Virus genome (UHGV): UHGV-0371537
Direction: 5' to 3' (one strand)
Length of the DNA: 64,000 nt
Origin: a virus
Under the pieces are notes generated by a model. That model had not been told where the DNA came from and did no database searches. It saw nothing but the letters and a program-made list of their open reading frames with translations. A program made the position numbers and the translations under genes. Positions 20,401 through 29,026 of the stretch are shown here, in pieces; within the stretch, counting starts at the first letter, position 1; every line of letters starts with the position of its first letter.

Positions 20401-22326
20401 GCAGGCGGCGTTTGGTGGGGCTACCGCTACCGCACGACTGTGTCTACTCGTGACGTCACCACGTACACATACACCGACAAGACGACCACTACCCTGACTG
20501 GTGAGCAGATCGTTGAAACGCAGGTTATCCCTTACATGCGTAAGACGAACATCAACTTCGAAGCCACAGGCCTCCGCCCGTTTACTCGTGTGTATCCGTT
20601 CTTCTCTGGGCGTGATGTCAGTCCGTACTGTACTCCAAATGGCGGGACACTGGGCGGCGCGTTGAATACTGATGCCAACGGTAACATCAAAGGCGTGTTC
20701 GCGGTTCCTCAGAACGAGACTATCAAGTTTAACACGGGTGACAACGTCTTCCGTCTGACTGACAGCCCTGTGGACAGCAAGTCTGCTGATGATACCCTGA
20801 CCAATGCCGAGGCTGTTCATAAGTCCTTCGGTAAGAAACAGGGCATCCAGAAGACTTATGTCAACACTCGCGTCCTGGGATACACTGCGACCAAGTCTAC
20901 GGAAAACAAAACAGAGACGGTTGAAGTCGCGAAGTGGAAAGACCCAATTGCTCAATCCTTCATGGTTGCCACCAACATCGGAGGCGAATACATCGAAGGA
21001 ATTGAGGTGTTCTTCTCTACCAAGTCTCGCGATATTCCAATCACTCTGGAAATCCGTGAGATGAGCAATGGTCTACCAGCGACGACTGTGGTCACTCGTA
21101 AGACTTTGAATCCATCAGAAGTTTCCATCTCCACGGACTCTTCTGTGCCGACGATGTTCAAGTTTGATTACCCTGTGTATCTGCAGGCTCAGACTGAGTT
21201 CGCGATTGTTCTCCTGGCCAACACTCAGGACTACAACGCATACATCGCAGAGATGGGCAAAAAGAACTTACTGTCTAATGAGTTCATCGCCAAGCAGCCG
21301 TACACTGGTGTGTTCTTCACATCTTCCAACGGTACGACCTGGACTCCGAACCAGACTGCGGATATGAAGTTCCGTGTGTATCGCTGCAACTTCAGTGCTG
21401 GCGACAACATCGTAACATTTGATGCCAAAGTCGGTCCAAAAACTCGCCCTCTGGGTCTGAACGCTGTGAATTGCGTAAGTGGTTCTTCAACAGTTACAGT
21501 GTACGCTCCGGGTCATGGTTTGACAGCGGGTGAAAATGTAACGTTGTCCGGTCTGACTGGCGGCTGTGGGTTCACCCCAGAGCAGCTGAACATCCAGCAT
21601 ACTGTGACTGATGCGACTTTCACGACTTTCAAAGTTGTCCTCAGCTCGAATGCGGATTCCAACGGACAGATCGGCGGCGAAGCTGCTTCGTTCCTGGGTA
21701 ACTACCTGGTCGATATGTTCTATGCAAGTGTCACCAACTCAGCTCTGGAAGGTTCTGTGTTGAAACTGGAATACCGCTACCGAGATGCGACCTCCAACTC
21801 ATTCTCTGATTGGGCTGAGTTCGAATCCGATACGGACGCCCCATTACCGACGGAAGGTATCTACCGCCAGGTGGGCGACTTCCAGGTGCGGGCAACCATG
21901 ACGCGCAACGAAAGCAACGTGTACACGGCTCCGATGATCGATGGTGATGACTTCACTATCATCTTCAACACCTACGGTGTGGATCCGTTTGAAGACGTGT
22001 TCAGCTACGTGACCAAGGATATCGGCTTCGATAACCCTTGCACAACACTGAAACAGTACTTCGGTGCAATGCTGCCTTCTCAGTCTTCAATGACTGTGCA
22101 GGTCAAACTGTTGCGTGCAGGTCAGGAGATGGATGATGTGGCATGGGAAACTGTGACACCGACATCTCCTCTGGTCAACGACGGCTCTACGTTCTTTGAA
22201 TATGAGTACGACAAGACCGTGGACAGCACCAACCCGTTTGTTGGCCTGAAGATCCGCCTGCTGGTGAGAGGCAACCGTACAGCGCCGCCATCATTCAAAG
22301 ATTTCCGTTTGATTGCTCTGGCATAA
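17488..22326 (+). CDS. large virion structural protein (1612 aa), possible baseplate/fibre component
   Basis: Uninterrupted 4.8-kb ORF after the tailspike cluster with CTAAATA motif at 17447 and GGAG SD; function assigned by context only. Confidence 0.65.
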   Translation: MQEMNLNRRPYWDDWNPEKRFSRILFRPAPIKVQTRELNQMQTIFQDQLEKLGNHLFKDGSMVIPGGLTITNTAVSMKFTLAGGTEFTDLENIAELYVLGKDNNAKARVLSLERYVSEPDTMYAILEMTESGSSDGFGVGDNLYFNTYDVNDNFIRIGYGVAATVGGSIVARMTKGVYFVRGMFLDVEPATLIVDNASNSTSHRVGFKVTETIVTEVEDESLFSNAQGTPNSKAPGAHRFRVDLVLSRFGYDEEVSDFVELAKVKDGRIQSMVTQSTYNILEDSMAQRTYETNGDYNVSTHQIDLREHLKENNNGGVYTPGEGGDASKFVAVMKPGISYVRGRRIENLGEELVTIDKARDTDILNNNPVAVATGNYLVSKNSKGVPVISRTIRYKFLNASSATQATALLISAERSGAEFRLYMRDLVVTGDMGTVTKVAYEESGTTMFSCDLESNQFSQSSAIDLIFPLPVFGVKTLAPTGTIDINYTVLRSNKITLNAAGAGSISAPLGYSFSPEFSLYSAAKADGTAAQFDISSGLSLTGTPVGSALQISLGAGYANQSINLLALMVRTTATIKTKTATEVTETVTFTAATSVQLGNHDGYKLISVKNASGADVTSNFTLDGGQRDAAYYRSNLLSGTGAISGTFTVVYQYFAHSSGDFFTADSYSSIDYPDIPNYVSSSSGTVYGLADSLDFRPKITGGASDTDMVRPNTAIVLDAEYYLPRIDAVYLADNGVFNVARGVSSNNLASPAIPDNGMRLYELMIPPYTANIDDIQIRTIDNRRYTMRDIGKLETRISNVEYYTSLSQLESSAMTQQVFDPITGNPRFKNGIAADPFKDFRLIDDLSADWVGSIDTDNGRLRPFVQQNAIDLTPVGWNNVQDGMVVCNYTREISVRQDYATTTINVNPYAVFNWEGFLKLNPTTDYWFENYYVAPRVINETINTRGAIKEGSVYGTWRTVSVSERVWEPHGAGGVWWGYRYRTTVSTRDVTTYTYTDKTTTTLTGEQIVETQVIPYMRKTNINFEATGLRPFTRVYPFFSGRDVSPYCTPNGGTLGGALNTDANGNIKGVFAVPQNETIKFNTGDNVFRLTDSPVDSKSADDTLTNAEAVHKSFGKKQGIQKTYVNTRVLGYTATKSTENKTETVEVAKWKDPIAQSFMVATNIGGEYIEGIEVFFSTKSRDIPITLEIREMSNGLPATTVVTRKTLNPSEVSISTDSSVPTMFKFDYPVYLQAQTEFAIVLLANTQDYNAYIAEMGKKNLLSNEFIAKQPYTGVFFTSSNGTTWTPNQTADMKFRVYRCNFSAGDNIVTFDAKVGPKTRPLGLNAVNCVSGSSTVTVYAPGHGLTAGENVTLSGLTGGCGFTPEQLNIQHTVTDATFTTFKVVLSSNADSNGQIGGEAASFLGNYLVDMFYASVTNSALEGSVLKLEYRYRDATSNSFSDWAEFESDTDAPLPTEGIYRQVGDFQVRATMTRNESNVYTAPMIDGDDFTIIFNTYGVDPFEDVFSYVTKDIGFDNPCTTLKQYFGAMLPSQSSMTVQVKLLRAGQEMDDVAWETVTPTSPLVNDGSTFFEYEYDKTVDSTNPFVGLKIRLLVRGNRTAPPSFKDFRLIALA

Positions 22327-22377
22327 GTAGTATTACCAAGGCGGGGGCAACCCCGTCCAACAACAGAGGATATTATC

Positions 22378-22629
22378 ATGCGTGGTGTAAAAGTACAGGG
22401 GCATGCATCGATGATGAGAAGTAGCTCTTGCCCTGGGGCTATCATCTGCACAGACAGTGCTGCTGGTTTAGCGGCTCTGAACGCCCGTCGAAATCAGGAA
22501 GAAAAGGACAGAATTATTGCAGCGCAGGCCGCGCAGATCGATCAACTGACGGCGACGGTACAACTCATGGCGGAGCACCTCGGGATTGAAATCCCTACAG
22601 GAGGCCAAGATGTCAACGTCGACGAATAA
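22378..22629 (+). CDS. hypothetical protein (83 aa)
   Basis: ATG with AGAGGA SD; coiled-coil-like C-terminal half. Confidence 0.4.
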   Translation: MRGVKVQGHASMMRSSSCPGAIICTDSAAGLAALNARRNQEEKDRIIAAQAAQIDQLTATVQLMAEHLGIEIPTGGQDVNVDE

Positions 22630-22948
22630 TATCATTGATGTCAAGTCCATCCTGACAGGAGTACTGACGGCGGCGATAGTCTCCGTGGGCTCTGTAGTTT
22701 GGATGATGGGTAAATTTGAAAACCGTCTTGACGTGGTTGAGCGAGATTCCACCAAAGTAGACCAAATTTTGACCAAGGTCAACGACATGAGCGAGAAGAT
22801 CGCTGTGCTGAACACAGACGTCAACTACGTCAAGCAGAATGTTGCTGAGCTAAAACTCAATAGCAGCAGTCTGTCCGACGACGTGCGCACTCTGCGGATC
22901 ACAGTCGCCGATCTCCAGAGCAACAAGGGGAACGTCAATGGCCGTTAA
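22610..22948 (+). CDS. hypothetical membrane-anchored coiled-coil protein (112 aa)
   Basis: ATG 22610 with AGGAGG SD 6 nt upstream (track start is TTG 22586); hydrophobic segment ILTGVLTAAIVSVGSVVWMMG followed by heptad-like sequence. Confidence 0.45.
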   Translation: MSTSTNNIIDVKSILTGVLTAAIVSVGSVVWMMGKFENRLDVVERDSTKVDQILTKVNDMSEKIAVLNTDVNYVKQNVAELKLNSSSLSDDVRTLRITVADLQSNKGNVNGR

Positions 22949-23690
22949 TTCAATCACAGATCGCAAAGGGTTTATGAATTACATCCTCAAGAAATTGGGG
23001 GCACCTGTAATTCAGATTAACCTTGACCCAACACAGGTGTCAGACGCTGTTGACGACGCTCTTCAGAAATTCTGGGAGTACCACCGTGATGGTAGTCAGG
23101 ACGCGTTCTTCGTCCATGTCGTGACTGAAGACACGATCACCAATGGTTACATCGAATTCCCCAAAGATATCGATGACGTCACAGAAGTCATTCCTGGCCC
23201 ACCAATCGAATCTATCGGTAACTGGGCGACACCTCAATGGCAGATGGCTCAGGCCATGTTGGTGCCAAAGTCCGCTCTGGTATCTATCCGCCTGATCGAC
23301 TATGTGTCCATGCAGCAGCGCCTGTCTGACATTACCAGTGTTCTGAACGTGAAGCGCACCTTCGTGTACAAGAAATTCCAGCGCAGACTCTATCCTCAAT
23401 TCGCCCTGACGAAGGACGAGGCTCTGGCGTTCAAATGTTTCCAGAACATCGACCCAGAGGTCGAGGGGAATGAAGAAGCATGGAATGACATGTGGCTGAA
23501 GGCATATGCAACAGCGCTGGTAAAACGTCGCTGGGCTGAAGTACTCAAGAAGGCAAGAGGCATCCGTCTCCCTGGCGGTATTGAGCTGGATGGTGATACT
23601 ATGTTCAGTGAGGCTGAAGCGGAGATCGAGCGTTTAGAGGAAGAACTTCGTACTGGCCAGCAATACCCGATTGACTTCTATATGGGATAA
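22938..23690 (+). CDS. gp13: neck protein, T4 gp13-like
   Basis: N-terminal ILKKLGAPVIQINLDPTQV and C-terminal LPGGIELDGD..EAEIERLEEELR resemble T4 gp13 termini. Confidence 0.8.
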   Translation: MAVNSITDRKGFMNYILKKLGAPVIQINLDPTQVSDAVDDALQKFWEYHRDGSQDAFFVHVVTEDTITNGYIEFPKDIDDVTEVIPGPPIESIGNWATPQWQMAQAMLVPKSALVSIRLIDYVSMQQRLSDITSVLNVKRTFVYKKFQRRLYPQFALTKDEALAFKCFQNIDPEVEGNEEAWNDMWLKAYATALVKRRWAEVLKKARGIRLPGGIELDGDTMFSEAEAEIERLEEELRTGQQYPIDFYMG

Positions 23691-23717
23691 GGAAAGGCGG
23701 GTTCCCCCGCCCTTCTT

Positions 23718-23930
23718 TTAGATTTTCAAATCCAGGTTTCCGTTGCCACTACCACGCAGCAGGCCGTCTTCGGTCTTGTCTTTGGAGTTCCACCACTCGA
23801 TGAAGTCTGTGTCATCCACTTCCTTCACCAGACCGACGATGTCGTAATCACCGCCTCCAATCTTGGCATCCACACAGATGATTCGGACGCGACGACCGCT
23901 GCGAACTTCTTTGATGTCTTCCACTTGCAT
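23718..23930 (-). CDS. hypothetical protein (70 aa)
   Basis: Minus-strand ORF inserted with the T5orf172-like gene between gp13 and gp14. Confidence 0.35.
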   Translation of the reverse strand: MQVEDIKEVRSGRRVRIICVDAKIGGGDYDIVGLVKEVDDTDFIEWWNSKDKTEDGLLRGSGNGNLDLKI

Positions 23931-23959
23931 GAGTTATTCCTCAAAAGAATAAACTTCGA

Positions 23960-24676
23960 CTAAATACCTTCAAACGTATTTCTGATAAATTCGATAATAC
24001 GACTTTCATGTTTAAACCATTCAGTCGCACCGTCAAATCCCTTGTAGTTCATACTAAATGACATTTCATGAGCCTTTCTTTCCAGTTCTAACACGAATTG
24101 TCCATCATTTGACTTAAAAACTTCTAGAACATTGAACTCAAATGGAGTTGATCTTCTTAAAGATTTAAATCTATTATTTGGTGAATTGGACACCCCGATT
24201 TTCATACAGCCTTCTTCGCTGGTCAATATGTACAAATAACCGACTTTAAAAGGATTGTATCCGGAAGTTGCGCAGTAGGGGCACCAACTTTTACCATTCA
24301 CCAAATTACAGTATCTTGACTCCCAACGATGTCCTTCTGAACATTCCATAAGGCAAACTGTCACATTATCTTTATACTTTCCACCAATAAATTCTATGAA
24401 TTTACCACCGTTGGTTTCAGCATGGTCGGTTATTCTCTTTTTAGATTCTTGCTGGGTATTTCTCTTGTTGCCATTACATGTTGGGCACCAACTGCCTTTA
24501 TTGATCAAATTTCCATAAGATGCTGAACTCCATTGATGCCCTTCACCACACTGTAATATACATTTTGTCTGATTAGTGATAAATTTATCACCAACGAATC
24601 CCTGGAACAAACCACCTTTAGATAAGGCATATTTGTGAAGATTTTGAATAGCAGTTTCTTCTGTCAGGATTTTCAT
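23960..24676 (-). CDS. T5orf172 (GIY-YIG superfamily) domain protein with two N-terminal zinc ribbons; homing-endonuclease-like
   Basis: Two repeats C-x4-C..GH.W....C.L.N.KSWCP.C then GYLYIL....MKIGVSN....R..SLRR.....EWF, typical of T5orf172/MUG113; opposite strand between two neck genes. Confidence 0.65.
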   Translation of the reverse strand: MKILTEETAIQNLHKYALSKGGLFQGFVGDKFITNQTKCILQCGEGHQWSSASYGNLINKGSWCPTCNGNKRNTQQESKKRITDHAETNGGKFIEFIGGKYKDNVTVCLMECSEGHRWESRYCNLVNGKSWCPYCATSGYNPFKVGYLYILTSEEGCMKIGVSNSPNNRFKSLRRSTPFEFNVLEVFKSNDGQFVLELERKAHEMSFSMNYKGFDGATEWFKHESRIIEFIRNTFEGI

Positions 24677-24733
24677 ATTATCTAACCTTTAACAATATTC
24701 AACTAAATATATTTAAATCCTGAGGAATAGATC

Positions 24734-25384
24734 ATGGCCACTTCTCGATATTTTAACTACACCAATCACCAAGGCACGCAGAAGCTGATTGAAGATTTGG
24801 TGCAAGAAATGATTCAATTGCGTGGGATAGACATCAAGTATATACCACGTTCCATCGTTGAAAAATTTCCTATCACCAACGATGCCAACCACCGTTTCGA
24901 CCAGGCGTTCGACATCGAAGCGTACATGCAGGATTACCAGGGCTTCAACACCCAGATGTGGGAGAAGTTCGGGGGCATCCAACTGCAGGACGAAGTCACG
25001 TTCTCTATATCTCGCCGTCGATTTTCTGAAGTGATTGGTAACGGCGTTGGCCTGGAGCAACAGCCTCAAGAAGGTGATTTGATCTATCTGCCTCTAGCGA
25101 ACAAGATCTTCAAGGTTAACAACCCGAACAATGATGAAGACTTCATGCAGTTCGGGAAATGGTACACCTATTCTCTACCATGCACGTTGTTCCAGTATGG
25201 CAACGAGAACTTCGACACAGGCATGCCCGAGATTGATGACATCGATAAGCGCTTGTCTATCCTGGATGAGGAAGAGGAACCGGGCGTGTATAAAGATTCG
25301 TCTCTTCAGACAGACAATGCTCAGGCCGATACGTTGGAGCAAGGTCTTGCACCAGACAATCTGAAGATTGATTTTGGAGATTAA
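24734..25384 (+). CDS. gp14: neck protein, T4 gp14-like
   Basis: EGDLIYLP and YTYSLPC motifs as in T4 gp14; synteny gp13-gp14-gp15. Confidence 0.75.
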   Translation: MATSRYFNYTNHQGTQKLIEDLVQEMIQLRGIDIKYIPRSIVEKFPITNDANHRFDQAFDIEAYMQDYQGFNTQMWEKFGGIQLQDEVTFSISRRRFSEVIGNGVGLEQQPQEGDLIYLPLANKIFKVNNPNNDEDFMQFGKWYTYSLPCTLFQYGNENFDTGMPEIDDIDKRLSILDEEEEPGVYKDSSLQTDNAQADTLEQGLAPDNLKIDFGD

Positions 25385-25386
25385 AC

Positions 25387-26082
25387 ATGGCCAGACCATT
25401 TGAAAAATACTTCTACCATAAGTCTCTAGAGAAGTACATCAACCTCTTCGCCACCATCATGTCGGACCTGAAGGTTGACACAGAGCGTGGGCTGATGGAA
25501 GTTCCTCTACATATGGCTATTGGTCGGCGCAACGACCTCAACAGGAATGTTCCGGTCAATATGCTGCCGTTTGCAACGTTCAGTTTTGGGCAATTCGAAC
25601 CCAATAAGAGCGTTACGAAGTCTTTCCACAACCGCCAATCCACCCCAACAGCCGGGGCGAAGCAGCGCATTCCGATCAATATTGATTTCGAGTACAACAT
25701 TCGTTGTAAGAAATTGATCGAAATGCTACAGGTGTTGGAACAGATTTATTCTGTTTACACACCATCTTTGGACTGTGCTATCAAGGACAACGACACACTG
25801 CAGCAAGACCAGAAAATCAAGATCCAGCTGACAGGACACCAAATGTCTGACAACTGGGAAGGGGATGCCAGTGATTCTCCACACGTGGATTGTACGTTCA
25901 CCTTTGTGCTCAGTGGATTCATCTATGGGTATGATTATTGGGTGGATAACGGCGGTGGTGGGGATCCTAATGGGATCAAAGAGATAATTATAGAAATGTC
26001 TAATGATTTGAAAACGCCGTGGTCGGAATTGCCTGAATGGTTCCGCGTCGATAAAGACGGTGTACATCATCCTGGAGATTGA
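25387..26082 (+). CDS. gp15: tail sheath stabiliser/tail completion protein, T4 gp15-like
   Basis: Synteny plus N-terminal resemblance to T4 gp15. Confidence 0.7.
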   Translation: MARPFEKYFYHKSLEKYINLFATIMSDLKVDTERGLMEVPLHMAIGRRNDLNRNVPVNMLPFATFSFGQFEPNKSVTKSFHNRQSTPTAGAKQRIPINIDFEYNIRCKKLIEMLQVLEQIYSVYTPSLDCAIKDNDTLQQDQKIKIQLTGHQMSDNWEGDASDSPHVDCTFTFVLSGFIYGYDYWVDNGGGGDPNGIKEIIIEMSNDLKTPWSELPEWFRVDKDGVHHPGD

Positions 26083-26783
26083 TTATGAGTGCTATGTCAG
26101 AACGCCTGTTAAACACCCTTGGCGCTATCCAGGCGCGGGATGAAGTCGCTCAAGAAGTCATGGAGAAGACCGCGCCTGTGGCTGGAAAAGATTATGATCC
26201 GGATACAGGTGAATGGTTGGGTGAAAGACCTGCAGGGTATGAGCCTGTGGTGTTCCCTCCTTCACTGGATCCAGAAGAGCTGAAGTCAAAGGAATCCAAA
26301 GTTCCAGACTTTGATGACACGGATGCCACCACGGATTACAAACGCATCCGTGATACGACTTATGCGATGCAGGAAGCCACGATGTTCATGATGGGACAGG
26401 CGGCCAAACTCGCAACGACCACAGAAGCGCCTCGGGCGTTCACAGTCTTCAAGGAGTTGGGTGAACTCATGCGCGGCCTGAACAAAGACCTGATGGAGAA
26501 CCAGAAGACCATCAAGGCTGTTACGGGCGACAAAGAGCCTCCTGAAGAGACGACTGTTGAGGTCACGACTTCCCCTGATGGTACAACGACAGTCAACGTT
26601 GGCAAGCAAGCCAGATCTTCTCGTGATTTACTCAAGACTATTGAAGAGGCGCGCAAACGGGCTGAAGAGCGTACTGCGGCCAAAGCTGTAGGTAAAGAAG
26701 AGAAAGCCGAAGATGTGATCGATGTCGAGGCAGAGCCACAGCCGAAGGAAGAAGGTGAAGACAATGGCGTATCAGAAGCGTGA
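26079..26783 (+). CDS. gp16: terminase small subunit, T4 gp16-like
   Basis: Overlaps neighbours by 4 nt at both ends; central region resembles T4 gp16; charged C-terminus. Confidence 0.7.
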   Translation: MIMSAMSERLLNTLGAIQARDEVAQEVMEKTAPVAGKDYDPDTGEWLGERPAGYEPVVFPPSLDPEELKSKESKVPDFDDTDATTDYKRIRDTTYAMQEATMFMMGQAAKLATTTEAPRAFTVFKELGELMRGLNKDLMENQKTIKAVTGDKEPPEETTVEVTTSPDGTTTVNVGKQARSSRDLLKTIEEARKRAEERTAAKAVGKEEKAEDVIDVEAEPQPKEEGEDNGVSEA

Positions 26784-28974
26784 TGTAGAATACGCCCCGC
26801 TCAAGACGGGGTTTAAGACAGAAGACGTCAGACTGCGTATGGACCAAACGTTCATGCGCAAGCCGTCTGTGCGTGCTCCTCGCGTGGAGTTGATGCTAAC
26901 AGATGAGCAGGAATCGGAGTTCGTCGAGTGCGCGATGGATGCCCATTACTTCGCCGCCAACTACTACAAGATCACGACCATCGATAAAGGCTTCATCCTC
27001 TTTGACATGCACGATTACCAGAAGCAGTTGTTCCATGACTTCCAGGACTATCGATTCAATGCGGTCGTCCAGGCTCGTCAGTCTGGGAAATGTGTAAAAG
27101 GTGACACGCTTGTCACAGTTTACGATACTCTCAGCCAAGAAGAGTTCAGCATCACCGTCGAGGAGCTTCACAGCCGCTTCGAGGGACCGAATCATGCTGA
27201 GCCACTGAATGCCTTTGGTAAACACGATAAGTTCGTAGACAGCCGCTTCGGCAAGCGTTATTTTGTTCGCTGTGATAAGGGCTGGGTTCCGGTTATTGCA
27301 GCACACAAGACAAAACAGTATCAGGAATATGTGGTAATCACGACCACAGGTCGACGCATTCACGTCGCTGATGACCACATGTTCTTCAACAGCCACATGA
27401 AGGAAGTATTCGCCAAAGACCTGGAAGCCGGGTCTCTGCTCCAGACTGAAAATGGTTTGGAAGAAGTTGCAGAAGTGTGGCAGACAGGTGAAATGCACCA
27501 TATGTTCGACCTGCAAGTCAAGTCGAGCGATCAACGATATTACACAGGCGGTTTCCTCAGCCACAACACGACCGTCGTGGCAGCGTTCCTGCTCTGGTAT
27601 GCGATGTTCCACTCCGACAAAGAGATCGCAGTACTGGCGAACAAAGAGAAGCAGGCCATTGAAATCCTTGACCGTATCCGCAAGGCTTATCAGGATCTGC
27701 CATTCTTCCTACAACAAGGTTGTGAGAAGTTCGGTTCTACTCTGATCGAGTTCGAAAACGGTTCTAAGATCTATGCATACGCAACATCATCGGACTCCAT
27801 CCGTGGTCGTTCAGTATCACTCCTGTATGTCGACGAAGTAGCGTTCATTGAAAACGACTTTGAGTTCTGGGAGTCTACATTCCCTGCGATTGCATCTGCA
27901 GAGACTTCCCGTTGTATCCTGACCAGTACACCAAAAGGCCAGCGCGGGTTGTTCTACGATATCGTCACCAAGGCGAATCCAGACCACCCACAGTACAACG
28001 ACTTCAAACTCACGGAGGTGCCTTGGTATCGTGTGCCAACATACACCAAGGATCCAAACTGGGAATCCAAACAGAGGGCGAAGCTGGGGGATGCACGTTT
28101 CGATCAGGAATTCGGTATCAAGTTCCGTGGTTCCGTTGGTTCATTGATCCCGGCCAAGTGTCTGGACAAAATGACCTCGAAGCTCTATCTGGAGCCGAAC
28201 GAGTTCACCAAGATCTACCACGAATACGATCCGAAGCGTATCTACATGGGCATCGCAGATACAGGCAAGGGTGTGGAGGGGGATTACTCTGTTCTGACGA
28301 TATTGGACATCACAGACTACCCTCACAAGATTGCGGCCAAGTATCGAAACAACACGATACCGCCAATGATGTATGCATACACTATCGCCGATATGGGCGA
28401 GAAGTATGGCACATGTCCAATGCTGGTAGAAACCAACAACGACGTGGGTGGTCAGGTAATCACAATTCTATATCAGGAAATTGAATACCCAGAAATCATC
28501 TTCACCACAACAGATGCGAAGGGTACTGGTAAACGAATTGGCGGTCGTCGACCTGAACCTGGTATCAACACCAACAAGAAGGTTCGATCAAACGGTTGTG
28601 CTAACCTCAAGGCGCTTATTGAACGTGAAATGTTGGTTATTGATGACCAAGATACAATTGACGAACTCAGTACATTCGTATGGACTGGGACAAGGTATGA
28701 AGCCGATGATGGTTGTCATGACGACTGTGTAATGCCTCTTGTGCTCTATGCATGGGCGGTGAAACAAGAATGGTTTAGTGATCTCACCAACTCCAGCATC
28801 TCGGTTGATATGAGGGGGCGGTTGTCTGCGATGGAAGAATCTCAGATGATGCCTTTCGGCGGGGTTCTTTCAGCTCCCGACCCACACTCTGTCGAGAGCA
28901 TACCGGGCTTTGGTGGAGTCCAGGTTTATGACGAACGTTCCGGTATGACCATGGAAGAATGGCTGAGACGGTGA
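26764..28974 (+). CDS. gp17: terminase large subunit (gp17-like) carrying a mini-intein in the Walker A loop
   Basis: Exteins read VVQARQSGK|TTVVAAFLLWYAMF (Walker A) and resemble T4 gp17 ATPase and nuclease regions; start taken at ATG 26764 (track ATG 26722 also possible). Confidence 0.9.
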   Translation: MAYQKRDVEYAPLKTGFKTEDVRLRMDQTFMRKPSVRAPRVELMLTDEQESEFVECAMDAHYFAANYYKITTIDKGFILFDMHDYQKQLFHDFQDYRFNAVVQARQSGKCVKGDTLVTVYDTLSQEEFSITVEELHSRFEGPNHAEPLNAFGKHDKFVDSRFGKRYFVRCDKGWVPVIAAHKTKQYQEYVVITTTGRRIHVADDHMFFNSHMKEVFAKDLEAGSLLQTENGLEEVAEVWQTGEMHHMFDLQVKSSDQRYYTGGFLSHNTTVVAAFLLWYAMFHSDKEIAVLANKEKQAIEILDRIRKAYQDLPFFLQQGCEKFGSTLIEFENGSKIYAYATSSDSIRGRSVSLLYVDEVAFIENDFEFWESTFPAIASAETSRCILTSTPKGQRGLFYDIVTKANPDHPQYNDFKLTEVPWYRVPTYTKDPNWESKQRAKLGDARFDQEFGIKFRGSVGSLIPAKCLDKMTSKLYLEPNEFTKIYHEYDPKRIYMGIADTGKGVEGDYSVLTILDITDYPHKIAAKYRNNTIPPMMYAYTIADMGEKYGTCPMLVETNNDVGGQVITILYQEIEYPEIIFTTTDAKGTGKRIGGRRPEPGINTNKKVRSNGCANLKALIEREMLVIDDQDTIDELSTFVWTGTRYEADDGCHDDCVMPLVLYAWAVKQEWFSDLTNSSISVDMRGRLSAMEESQMMPFGGVLSAPDPHSVESIPGFGGVQVYDERSGMTMEEWLRR
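27091..27567 (+). mobile_element. mini-intein (159 aa) within the terminase large subunit P-loop
   Basis: Starts Cys (CVKGDTLV), ends HN followed by Thr +1; blocks F/G-like MFDLQVKSSDQRYYTGGFLSHN; splits GK|T of the Walker A; no endonuclease domain. Confidence 0.8.
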
Positions 28975-28977
28975 TCA

Positions 28978-28984
28978 CTAAATA
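28978..28984 (+). promoter_or_regulatory. late-promoter-like CTAAATA motif upstream of the sheath gene
   Basis: CTAAATA 43 nt upstream of ATG 29027. Confidence 0.4.
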
Positions 28985-29026
28985 TCTTTCAAATTGAGCG
29001 AAACTCTACCGAGAAGGAATAAGATT

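Noticed and set aside
20368-20955. Antisense and nested ORFs inside large genes (examples: 20368-20955 minus, 26896-27612 minus, 48010-48858 minus, 57726-58901 minus, 59724-60914 minus, 61053-61952 minus)
   Set aside because: Each lies entirely within a longer, motif-supported ORF on the other strand or in another frame; typical shadow ORFs with no SD or motif.
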